Made by a program: the position numbers and the translations under genes. From Girardia tigrina (Eukaryota), in the NCBI GenBank assembly GCA_001938485.1, contig MQRK01251997.1, forward strand, positions 1-52,138: DNA of 52,138 bases. The letters run 5' to 3'. The notes beneath the pieces were generated by a model. That model was not told where the DNA came from and did no database searches. It saw only the letters and a list, made by a program, of their open reading frames with translations. This document shows, piece after piece, positions 38,231 to 48,738 of the stretch. The stretch's first letter is position 1. Each line of letters begins with the position of its first letter.

Positions 38231-39479
38231 AGTGTTGATCTTTAAGCAGATTCCAAGTTCGTTCGTCGTGAATGAAGAAGCCGAGATGGAAGAGAGTCCT
38301 GGCCCGCGTGAGAAACCAAGCCTTGAAAGAGATCAGGACAAATCCAGAGTTTAGGATGAGCAGCACTCAGTACGAGAACGAGTTTAATACATTAATGGAG
38401 AAGTTTGAAGCCCTGATGACAGAGATGTTGAAACGCTGTTTTTATTACTATTCAAAAATGTTACAAAGCTAAACTGATCTAACAACCTATCTACGAATTG
38501 TGTTAGACCAATTTAGTTATCAAACCAATCGAAATAACAGAATTATAGCAACAATGATTATATTGGTAACTATTTAACGGAAGGTATGACAAAAAGAAGG
38601 TCTTAATATTTGATCACACAAAAAAAAGAATATGAGGTAGTTTAAAAGAGAATGTCGCAAAACAATCAAAAATACTGTCAATTACTTCGAAGTCCAGTAT
38701 AGAGTAGAAGCGTTTGATTGCTCGGGTGATTCGTACACAAGTCACTAACAATGCGTAGAGATTATTCTTATACGTTTCCCTGGATGGGATAATGAGAAAT
38801 CGAGTAGATATCCGAGTTGGTCGAAGAGGTATCGAAGAATTGTCAAGTTTTTCTTTTGTCTTCAGTTGCTGCAGTTGGCTTGTTATTACACGGCGTTATT
38901 CATTTATTAGTACACGGTAAATAATTATTATTTTTGAACTGGATCAATTTCTGTATTGATTTTTTTATATAATAATATAATATGATATTATATTATTATT
39001 TATAATATCATAATGATAATAAGCAAGAAATTCCAAATGTGATTTTATTTGAATTCTTTTCTTCTTTATAATTTTCTTTTTGAGTCATTTTATAAGACGA
39101 AATCGATAACGAAGACTAAAATACATTGTTTGTCATTTTAGAAATCGGAGGTTGTTGTTCCTGATTATCAAAATATTGTAGGTTTCTCGTCTTAAATAAT
39201 GTAGGCAGAACTCCTCGAAAAGATGATAAGACCAGTCACAAAGTTCCTTGACGATCAAATTGTTACTTTCTTATTAAACGTCAACAAGAAAAATCAACAA
39301 TATATAAAAAAAACATTAATTCAAAATACAGTTCATACAAGACATAAAGTGATCAAAACATTACGCATACATGTACATCAGTAAGTAGCGTTCCGAACTC
39401 ACCAATCACACACTACGGCTAACACGAGAATAATAAATGACAAACGTTCTCTTTGGATAATCAGAACATTGTAGGGATT

Positions 39480-40040
39480 TTACAGTAGGAGAAGAATAGG
39501 ATCACCAAAATGATGTGTTGATATTACAAAAAGAAAAGGAAGAGATAGAAGAAAAGTAGGAAGAGTTTCGTAAGATACGTGAAGAGTGAATAATGGAGGA
39601 ACTGGAGATCCCAGGAACTCATAAAGGAATATATTTTAGCGCAAGTAAATAGAATTCTTTGAGGCCATCAGAGTTACCAAGATTTGGAGGGGTCCAAAAA
39701 AAATACGAAAGTGAGCGAGGAACGATTCAGGTATGTGTTGAAGGAAGTAATGTAATTGGAAAAGAAAAATTGTTATATTTGAGGCAAAATTTGATGGGGG
39801 GCCTTGATTGATAATTGTAAATCTCGGTTTTCATGATGGGGCGTTCGACAAGGCTCTTGAATGTCTAGAAGAGAAATACAGAGGGAAGAAAGAAATATTC
39901 CTAACGTATTAAGAGAGATCCAAAATTTGCACGCAATTAAGGAAGATCTAAAGTCAATGAACAAAGTATTTAAGACAAAGAAGAAAGGAGAGCTCGGCCA
40001 AGGAGCCTTCTATAATATTATCCCCAGGAAGTTCTCGCGG
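39480..40040 (+). mobile_element. BEL/Pao gag fragment (DUF1759-like)
   Basis: ELPRFGG...KEKLLYLRQNLMG...FDKALECLEEKY. Confidence 0.75.
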
Positions 40041-40044
40041 CGGT

Positions 40045-40510
40045 TTATTTATTCCCCCGATGATATAAACTCATCATTGAAGTATGAGTTGTGTTTTCTG
40101 CAATACTAATATACGTCCGGCTCACTTCCACTATTTCACTCCATTCTCGGACTCCTTGTTTCTCGATTTCCAAAGCGATTTCTAGATTGTCGACCGTTTT
40201 TGCCAATTTCGACACTTCAGTGCTGAAATCTGAATATTTAATACACTGTAATTTACGATACGCCTCTCGCAGTTTCATACCAAACGCTGCATTCAATACT
40301 CGAAAAACTTCATCAATATTCGCTTGTTGCTTCTCTGACATCTCCTTGTATATATTGAGGGCCGATCCACTAAACACGAACGACATCAATACAAATACAT
40401 CCTTTATCTGCTGCATTGATGTCACTAAAACGAACTACTTCTTCCACAGTTTCCATCAATGATTCCCATTAAATTTCTCGAGACAATCGAGGATCAATTT
40501 CATGTTCGAC
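40045..40510 (-). mobile_element. Ty3/Gypsy-type gag fragment
   Basis: LEKFNG..WKLWKK...SGSALNIY...VFRVLNAAFG. Confidence 0.65.
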
Positions 40511-40749
40511 ATAGCCTGAATAGCTTGTTGTAGAGAATGACAATGAATAACAAGTTCCTAAATTGTATTTGTTGTGTACCACAACAATTAAAAAAAATAT
40601 TTTTGATGCGTGTACATAAATTATTAATTATTAATGTCGAGAAATAAAGAATTGTTTAAATATACTAACGTTTTAATGAAATAAACATAATTCGAATTTT
40701 TTTCTCATTTCACTGTTGTTCAAACTTTCTGTTCGACACTTTCTAATAA

Positions 40750-41324
40750 ATAATTCTAGAAAACCGCTCGTTCTCTTTCTCTTGTTTCCGTTGGCATTTA
40801 TCAATGAGTCCACAATTTCTGCATCCCGGGCGTCTTTCCCGTCCAATTCGCGGAAGGTGATAACTTTAGCGTCAATGCAATGAAATTGACGAGTCCAAAG
40901 ACAAAATTGCCGTACGCGCATTGTTCGCCTCGATTCTGCAAGTCAAAAGGCGGCCTGATGTACTCATCGGAGAACCCGAGCAAGATCTTACGCGGGGACC
41001 ACATCATGAACACGCCCTATCGGATCAAGATGCTCGAGAAGATTGTTTGCTCGATCGTATGTGATGCCATCACTCTCAGCAAGTAGGAGTCCGAGCAGTT
41101 CCACAAGCGGATCGAGAAGCTGTATTCCGTTCATCTGCTGGTGGACAATCTTTCTGTGGCGACTCACTACACAATCGGACAAGTCGTCCAATAGGAGCAC
41201 GGATTTCGTCCTGGATTCACCTCTAATAAAAAAGGACGAAGATGAAAAATACACGATAGTCGGATTTGAAATCGAACTGATCAATGTCAGTCAAAAATCA
41301 AGAGAGAAGCCCTCACAGTATTAA
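40750..41324 (+). pseudogene. TM9SF4: Intronless disabled copy of the N-terminal luminal part of a transmembrane 9 superfamily gene (TM9SF4/2-like)
   Basis: FCIPGVFPVQF..NAMKLTSPKTKLPY..ILRGDHIMNTPY..VHLLVDNL..EHGFRPG..IVGFEIE, with two TAG stops, frameshifts and an internal deletion. Confidence 0.85.
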
Positions 41325-41426
41325 ATAGAAGAAAACGCGTTTTTCGCAATTAACGGAATATTCAAACAAAATATAAAAATCGAATTAACAAGATTATTAT
41401 TTTCGATTATCATCTCATCCCACATT

Positions 41427-41920
41427 TGTCACGACCCTTCTGAGCTATAACATTCTTGAACGCTCCTGAGCCCCTAGTGGTTATTAAGGGTCAACCACAA
41501 CCCAATGAAACTTTTTAAATTTATTTTTATCTGCATGCGAAGGTGTCGGACGCCTCCCTTTACTTGAAATCTGACTAGCAGTGCCAAGCTCAGAGGGCTG
41601 CGGGTTCGTTTCAAAACAGGACGGGCTGTGGGCCCCCGCCAAGCTCAGCACCGCTCGGGGCTGATTTTTTGTTGTGTAATTTTATGTAATCACATTATTT
41701 ATTTATAGGTTATTTGCGCTTGTCATATGTACGCCTCTCTTGCTTGTTAAGCCACTGTATATGTCACTAGATCTGTAGCATTGTATCAGACGAAAATCTT
41801 GTATAGATTTATAGTTTTTTATGTTGTCTCGACGGATCATTTCACCGTATGTGTCTCAAACAAATTTGTCTAAAGAACTATTAATAATTTAGTTTAATTC
41901 CCAGTACAATTTCATGACCA
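41427..41920. mobile_element. Probable solo LTR
   Basis: TGTCACGA...TCATGAC(C)A inverted termini and a GC-rich core; TSD unclear. Confidence 0.55.
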
Positions 41921-42448
41921 ATGAGAAATTATTTTTATCAATTTACTTCTTCATACCGACAATATCTGAAATGTATCTGTTTATTGTTTACAAATTTACA
42001 AAAGAAAATGATTTTTAATATATTTGCCTCTATAATGATTCGTTCATTTAAATATCCACCTCTAAAAGGATTCATTCACTCAATTATATATTTACACATT
42101 TACAGACATGATTATTTCTCTACTCGGCATCACTGACTAACTGTAACTGTCCCCTCTCTCTAGCCCAGTTAGTGTGCTATTAATATCGACACACGCCAAC
42201 TTCTCCGCTCTCACCCGATAAGTAAAGAATTTCGCTCTAGGTGGAGTTTTCATTTTTGATGCTATACTTCCTCTCAGGGAATGTTCGGACGATTTCTTAT
42301 TACTGATGGTCCGTGTACGACATTTAAAATTCATTTGGATTTACTCTAACGATCAAGAACGATGGCAACGACGACTGGGGTAGAAATTTCTCTAACTTTG
42401 TATAATAGAAAAACTGAAAACTAAATGTTAAGGTTAAAAATAAATTAA

Positions 42449-43349
42449 GGTTATCAAAAAAGTTGAAGACAAAGAATTGAAGGCATTACTCGATCAAGAT
42501 CCATGTCAAACTCAAGACGAACTTGGAAAAGCATTGGAAGTCACTCAACAAGCCATTTCTAAACGTTTAAAAACAGCCGGATACATTCAGAAACAAGGAA
42601 ATTGGGTGCCACACGAATTGAAGCCGAGAGACGTTGAGAGACGATTTTGCNNNNNNNNNNNNNNNNNNNNNNNNNNNNNNNNNNNNNNNNNNNNNNNNNN
42701 NNNNNNNNNNNNNNNNNNNNNNNNNNNNNNNNNNNNNNNNNNNNNNNNNNNNNNNNNNNNNNNNNNNNNNNNNNNNNNNNNNNNNNNNNNNNNNNNNNNN
42801 NNNNNNNNNNNNNNNNNNNNNNNNNNNNNNNNNNNNNNNNNGTGTGCTGTACTATGAGCTGTTAAAATCGGGCCAGACGATCACGGGAGAGCTATACAGG
42901 CAACAATTGATACGTTTGAAGCAAGCAATAGCTGAAAAACGGCCAGAATGGGCGACCAGATATGAGAAATTGATTTTCCATCATGACAATGCTTGGCCAC
43001 ATGTTGCAGTACCGGTCAAAAATTATTTGGAAAATGCCGGATGGGAAATTCTACCTCACCCGCCTTATTTCAGACATAGCTCCTGATTACCACTTGTTTC
43101 GGTCGATTCAGAATCACCTTTCTGGAATACGGTTCACCAATGTTGAAGGTATTAAAAAATGGCTTGATGACTTTCTCAGCGCAAAAGATGAGAAGTTTTT
43201 TTGGGATGGAATCCATAAATTGTCTGACAGATGGGAAAAAGTTGCCGCTTCCAATGGACAATATTTTGAATAAAATATTTTTTCACTTTTATACTTAAAT
43301 AAATGGTTTTTTAACAAAAAAATACGAAATTAATTAGTTGTACACCCAA
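42449..43349 (+). mobile_element. 5'-truncated mariner (twin of 25234-26119), spans a gap
   Basis: WVPHEL and HDNA motifs; TIR ...TTAGTTGTACACCCAA followed by TA. Confidence 0.95.
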
Positions 43350-44574
43350 TACATTGGAATTGAACATTTTGACAATATTGTGAGGAATATTTAAAATTGT
43401 TTGAATGAGTAAATGTAGTGATGCTGAATGTTGATTTAAGTATGCTGAATTTAGAATTGTGATTCTCCCACCCAGATGGAAATTGGTATTTTTATTTAAA
43501 TTTAAAGTGATTGACTATTCGAACAAAATTAAAATAAGCATTTTATAAGTTCATATTTTTAATTTTAAAAATTAATATTTTATAGTAAAATTTAAATTAA
43601 ATGAATTTTTATAATTTGATAACATTTTTATTATTTTAAGATTTATTCAAAAAGTGTAAAAATTATTATTTTTTTTAATTAATATTTTTAGAGGCTAAAT
43701 ATTTTAAAAAATAATTTAGAAAAATTGTTCGAATAATCATGATTAAAAATAGAATTAAGAAAACCACTTAGAAGGATGACAAACGATGAAAGACTTTCTG
43801 AGAGTCATAATGACTCTAAATGTGATTGTAATAACAGTTCAAACGCGACTTGTCTAAATGTTCTTAATAAATATCTTACCTCTTGTATAAAGTTGACCCA
43901 AAAATTCCTAACCCAAATGTTCAATTCAAATGAAGTATTCGTTTGCGGTGTTCACTGTTAGGAATATATCGCAGTGGTAAAATTTATATGCACCGCAGGT
44001 ATTAGAAAATGGGCACTATTTTTTCTACCGGTACCGACAAGGTTTTGAATATCAATTTTGTCGGAAAATCGAACGAAGAAAGAATGGGGACCGATTATTG
44101 GTAACGTGTGACACAGTGGAATAAATGCTGTCATGTACCCGACATGTCGATGTTCACCTGATTTTTACATAATATTAAAAATTCGATTAATATTTTCCCA
44201 AAATCATTGAGTATTATTAAAATGATTTTTGAAAATTTTAATGCCATTGAAATGAGCATGTATGTGAAATTTCAGCTCACTACAACATCAGGAACGGTTT
44301 GAAAATCCGATAAATAAACTGTGTAAAAATGCGGCATTAATTTCGCGTTAGAAAATTTTATTTTCAAAAATTTTTTAAATTGATTTGAGTTGCAAAAAAC
44401 TGCAATTGACTTATTTCTCTGTTGATTAATGTCATTTTCAACTCTTGAGAGACGTTTGAGAGAAGATTTCGGGTTACTTTGACTTGTGGTCTCATTGACA
44501 TCGAGGGCTTCAACATCCATAGATACAGTTTCAGGAATAATTGGGTAGTGGTGATGCTTTCTCAGCAACATGCC
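42472..44574 (+). repeat. 2.1-kb composite block, inverted duplicate of 24013-26119
   Basis: Near-identical, with scattered substitutions and a 3-nt indel. Confidence 0.95.
43379..43869 (+). mobile_element. Solo LTR, family A subfamily
   Basis: 5-bp TSD AATAT at 43374-43378 and 43870-43874. Confidence 0.88.
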
Positions 44575-44576
44575 CA

Positions 44577-45644
44577 TGATTGGTTTTAATATTGGTTTCT
44601 AATGAAGCACACTGATCACCTCTCCTTGTGATCGTGCGTCCTCGTTTCCCTGTTCGTCTCCGGATCTTCTTTTACCTCTAGAATAATCTCTTGTTATATT
44701 CTCTTCTCTTCTATCAGACATTTCCGATCTCCTGTCTATTTCATCATCTCTGTCGTCTAACTCCGCCAAGTGTTGTTTCTTATTCATATATGCCGGTCGT
44801 TCTCTATATCTCTGATTAGAATAATCTCACCTGTCGTTCCTACGATTTCTATTATTGTCCCATTTCCGTTGGTCACGTTCTTTAAACCTATTTGGGTTTT
44901 CATAACATTGTGTTCGTAGATGTCCTCTTCTTTGACAGTGACTACACTTAACGTTCGGACATTCTCTTCTAACATGACCTTCCTCATGGCAGGCCCAACA
45001 AATTATTTTTCTGACTTTATAGTTTCGACTTGTACCGTCTCTCTTTACATCGTCGTTCCGTAGTTTTGGTGTTCTTCTTTTATGTTCCACCGTTTTCCAA
45101 TCGTTTTCTTTCCTTGTGTTATATGCTGCAATCGGTGAATTTCTTTTCTTTTTCCCGTATTCATACATCCTCATTTGTATATTTTCGATTTCCTCTGCCT
45201 TTGTTACACCTCAAATCGCTATCTCTTGATCGACGTTATCATCATCAATCATATTAGCATAGACCAATTTTGATAGTTCTTTCTTACCCAACTTTTTCTC
45301 TACTAATTTTTCGATTATCTCATCTGCTTTGCGGAACGCAAGTGACGGGTCACCACAACCTACTCTTAACTCAATGAGATCTTTCATCAAATCCAAAATA
45401 GATTTCTCTTTTGAAAATGCTGCTCGAATTTTCTCTTTGCAAGTACTCCCAGGGGCCTTCTCGTATCTCAGAATCGCATCTGGAGTCAGGTAGGGTGTTA
45501 CCAGTAGGATTTTTCTCTCCTTTGATAATCCCATAATCTTTGAATACCTGTTAAAACTTATCAGGAATTCTTCTAACTTGTGCTCGGATCCATCGAATGT
45601 TTCTGGACCTTTGATGTTCGGAGTCATGTGGTGTGAAGTCGCCA
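44577..45644 (-). mobile_element. Ty3/Gypsy gag with two CCHC knuckles; frameshifted and truncated before the protease
   Basis: PETFDG, CWACHEEGHVRREC, CSHCQRRGHLRTQC. Confidence 0.9.
45635..45644 (-). promoter_or_regulatory. Primer binding site (TGGCGACT..., tRNA-Arg-like)
   Basis: TGG immediately follows the LTR terminal CA. The tRNA assignment is from memory of Arg tRNA 3' ends. Confidence 0.65.
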
Positions 45645-46106
45645 TGTTAAGAGAACTCACACATTTGACAGAAGATTTATTACATTCACAATTTTTATCA
45701 TCTTTATGATAATAAATATTATTGCTTTCACTAGAATCCATCAATCAATTTTCAATATCTCCCATTATAATCTGAACTAACTTGATAAGACTATTTTATT
45801 TAAAAATATTTAATTTAAATTTGATTGGCTAAAATAAAATATTTTTATAGTCATTTTAAACATTAATTTGATTTTAATAATTTAAAAATTTACAAAAATA
45901 AAATCATTAAAATTATTTAAAAGTTTCAATAATAAAAACTAAAAATTTGAATATTAAATCTAAATTTAAATAAATTAGTTTCAGATTATAAAAAATTAAA
46001 TATTGATAATCCATCTGGTTAGGAGAGGCACAATCCCAAATCAACATACAACATTTGAACATGCAAAAACTACACAAAAACATCCACACACCAAATATTC
46101 CTCACA
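45645..46106 (-). mobile_element. 5' LTR, family A (462 bp)
   Basis: TGTGAGGAA...CTCTTAACA, followed by the PBS and gag. Confidence 0.92.
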
Positions 46107-46329
46107 AGGCGTGTATATTTTTATTAATATTTTAATAAAAATATTTTCACAATTCTTGTTTTGTCAATTGATTTCGATTTAATTAATTTAATCTTTAAAC
46201 AATTAATTGACTTAACTGAATCACAAAATAATCTATTTAATATATTCAGTTATAATTTAAATCTAGAAATTTTATTCCATAAAATCTCTTTTGTTAGCAC
46301 AAATTGGTCATTAAATCCTTTTGGCCCTT

Positions 46330-46675
46330 CGTATCTAACACTTTATTCATTAGGATTAAAATTTTAAAAAATTTAAATTAAAATTTTTAGATACAACTCA
46401 ATAATTTTTAATGGTAATTATTTTTCATTTTTAAAGTTTTTCGTTCTCTAATAAATATTTTGAAAACTTGCTCTCTTTTCTTAACAATTTTCTAGTTTTC
46501 CTTCGGTAAACAATCAATTTCGTAATATCAAAAATTATGTATAATTATATCCCTGAGATAAAGTAGGGGAAATGGAGGGGAAATAACAATTTTTGGGTAG
46601 ACTTGTGAGTGACATGGCATAAAAAAGTTGACACACTGATGTATAATGTGTTCTGATCGGAAAATAAGAACGGAA
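46330..46675 (-). repeat. ~350-bp repeat, inverted partner of 48105-48443
   Basis: Colinear reverse-complement match with moderate divergence. Confidence 0.9.
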
Positions 46676-46680
46676 CATTT

Positions 46681-46928
46681 TTTTGAAGTGGTGGAATATA
46701 ATGGTTGAAAAACAAGAATATGTAAACAACAATATTTTTATGAATAAAATGTATATTTGCAGTTGGAAAATATTTTTTTATATATTTCAGTTAGATAGCA
46801 TTAAAATTATTTGTTTAAAATAAAATTTTAATAAAATTTTAATTTTAAAAATTAATAAGAGTTTTAAACACGATATTTTGAAAAAAATTAGTTTTTATTT
46901 TTTTTCATTATGTTCCGCCACTTCAAAA
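46681..46928. mobile_element. Small MITE-like element
   Basis: TTTTGAAGTGGTGGAATATAATG / CATTATGTTCCGCCACTTCAAAA. Confidence 0.6.
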
Positions 46929-47501
46929 CATGAAAAGAATTCTGAATGTAAAGGAGTAAAAAGACATTTTCTTAAAAAAATTGGCGGTGGACACTTTTCA
47001 AAAACGAGGTCAAAAAATTGATTTTAATTTTATTTGATTTTTTAAAAATCGACTTTTCACATAAGATTTATAGTAATATTTTTGTAAATGTCTTTTACTC
47101 CTAAGAATTAAGAAAGAAATCGTTATTGATTTATTTAGAATTTTACAAGTAAAAAAATTAAATCGAAAAACGGCTTTCTTTAAAATACTCGAAAATCGTT
47201 TGGGATAAAAAGCTGAGAATTTGGCTGAATTATCTTTATATAATGTCAAAACGATTCACCAAATACAAGTCGAAAAACCCGGGGCAGATCTCCCTTTTAA
47301 ACCCTTTACAATTAAAAAAAAATTTCTAGCTCTATACTTTTCAACATTTCTTTAAATTAATAACAGAAACAATGTTTTGTTTTAAAATTGATTATTTATA
47401 GTTACATGCTGTTACCAATTTAAATTAATCTTTATTTTATTTCAAATTATAAAGTGTTTTAGAGTCACTTTAACTATTATAAAACGATTAAACTTGACGA
47501 A

Positions 47502-47820
47502 ATGTCTAAGCAACTTTACGACGTGTTATGGCAAGACAGAGACATTCAATTTGATTGTTCCATCGCGTTCGAACAATAAATGATTGACTTTAATGTCATT
47601 TTGACATTATTTTCATTTCAGTGATATTAGAAATCGACCGGGAGAAAAAATAATCGATTCGTTAGATTCGGTTGAGGATACCAAGGGTAACAATGGAGAG
47701 AAAGGTTGAATTAGATGCGATTTCAAAAGTCGATTAAAGAAAATTTTGAATTAGGGCGACTGATTGTGACGAATCTGAGACTGATCTGGCACTCACACCT
47801 GTATCCCAAGATTAATTTAT
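47502..47820 (+). CDS. BBS5: Bardet-Biedl syndrome 5 (BBSome), coding exons 1-3: 47502-47566, 47622-47704, 47755-47820; the remainder is not seen in this window
   Basis: [60 protein letters not shown]; GT-AG introns of 55 and 50 nt; third donor GTGAGT at 47821. Confidence 0.93.
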
Positions 47821-48104
47821 GTGAGTTCACTTCTGAGATCAGATTTTGTGTTGTAATCACTCAATAGGAATGATATTTAACAATATTTTTAATGATTTTT
47901 TCATTAATTTCCACAAAAAATATCAAAAATTCTTTTACACCTTTGTAATATAAATAATTTAGTTTTTATATTGTTTCTTATTCCATTGTTAACCCTTTGA
48001 TATCGTATTTTTTAAATGACCTTTTACTAACTCCTTAATTAATTTACAAAATAAGTATAAAAAGTACTCTAAATGAAAAATTAAACAAAACTTTGTCTCT
48101 TTTC

Positions 48105-48443
48105 TCCGTTCCAGTATTTTCCGACCAGAACACACTATACATCAGTGTTTCATAACCTTTTTGTGCCATGTCCCTCACAAGTCTACCCAAAAATTGTTAT
48201 TGCCCTCTCCATTTCCCCTTCTTTTTCTCAGGAATATAATTATACATAATTTTTGATATTGGGAAATTGATTGTTTACCGAAGGAAAACTAGAAAATTGT
48301 TAAGAAAAAAGTGCAAATTTTCAAAATAAATATCAGAGAACGAAAAACTTTAAAAATGAAAAATAATTACCATTAAAAATTATTGAGTTTTATATAAAAA
48401 TTTAAATTTAAATTTTTTAAAATTTTAATCCTAATAAATAAAG
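48105..48443 (+). repeat. ~350-bp repeat, inverted partner of 46330-46675
   Basis: Colinear match; contains a hAT-like CAGTGTTTCATAACCTTTT motif at 48143. Confidence 0.9.
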
Positions 48444-48738
48444 AAATTCTATGAATATTAAATTCTTGTATTATTTCATTTTATAAACTTATTATTAAAT
48501 TATTATCCTGATTCACTGAGTTTGTGAGGAATAAAAACAACGACACTTTTTCCAGGTGGAAATCCAGCAGAATACTTCTCAAGAAGAATATCAGAAGATG
48601 GAAACGTGAAAGAGTCGACAATGACGGAGAAGGAAAACTGAAGGAGCTCACTACGGAACTACGTATCCTCTGTAAATCACAATCCGAAAGATGTACTTTC
48701 TTTGACGCCGTCCGCAGTGGCAGATATCGGCATGATAA

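Noticed and set aside
41580-41615. tRNA or SINE B-box (GGTTCG)
   Set aside because: No cloverleaf or convincing A box; it lies inside a probable LTR.
43776-43961. Family of small Cys-rich ORFs (MTNDERL..., MMDSSES..., MNLVGMH...)
   Set aside because: These are translations of the LTR-A 3' end running into unrelated flanks; other copies contain stops.
48630-48680. CK2-beta-like EGAHYGTTYP motif
   Set aside because: It is surrounded by stops with no other CK2-beta motifs; likely chance.
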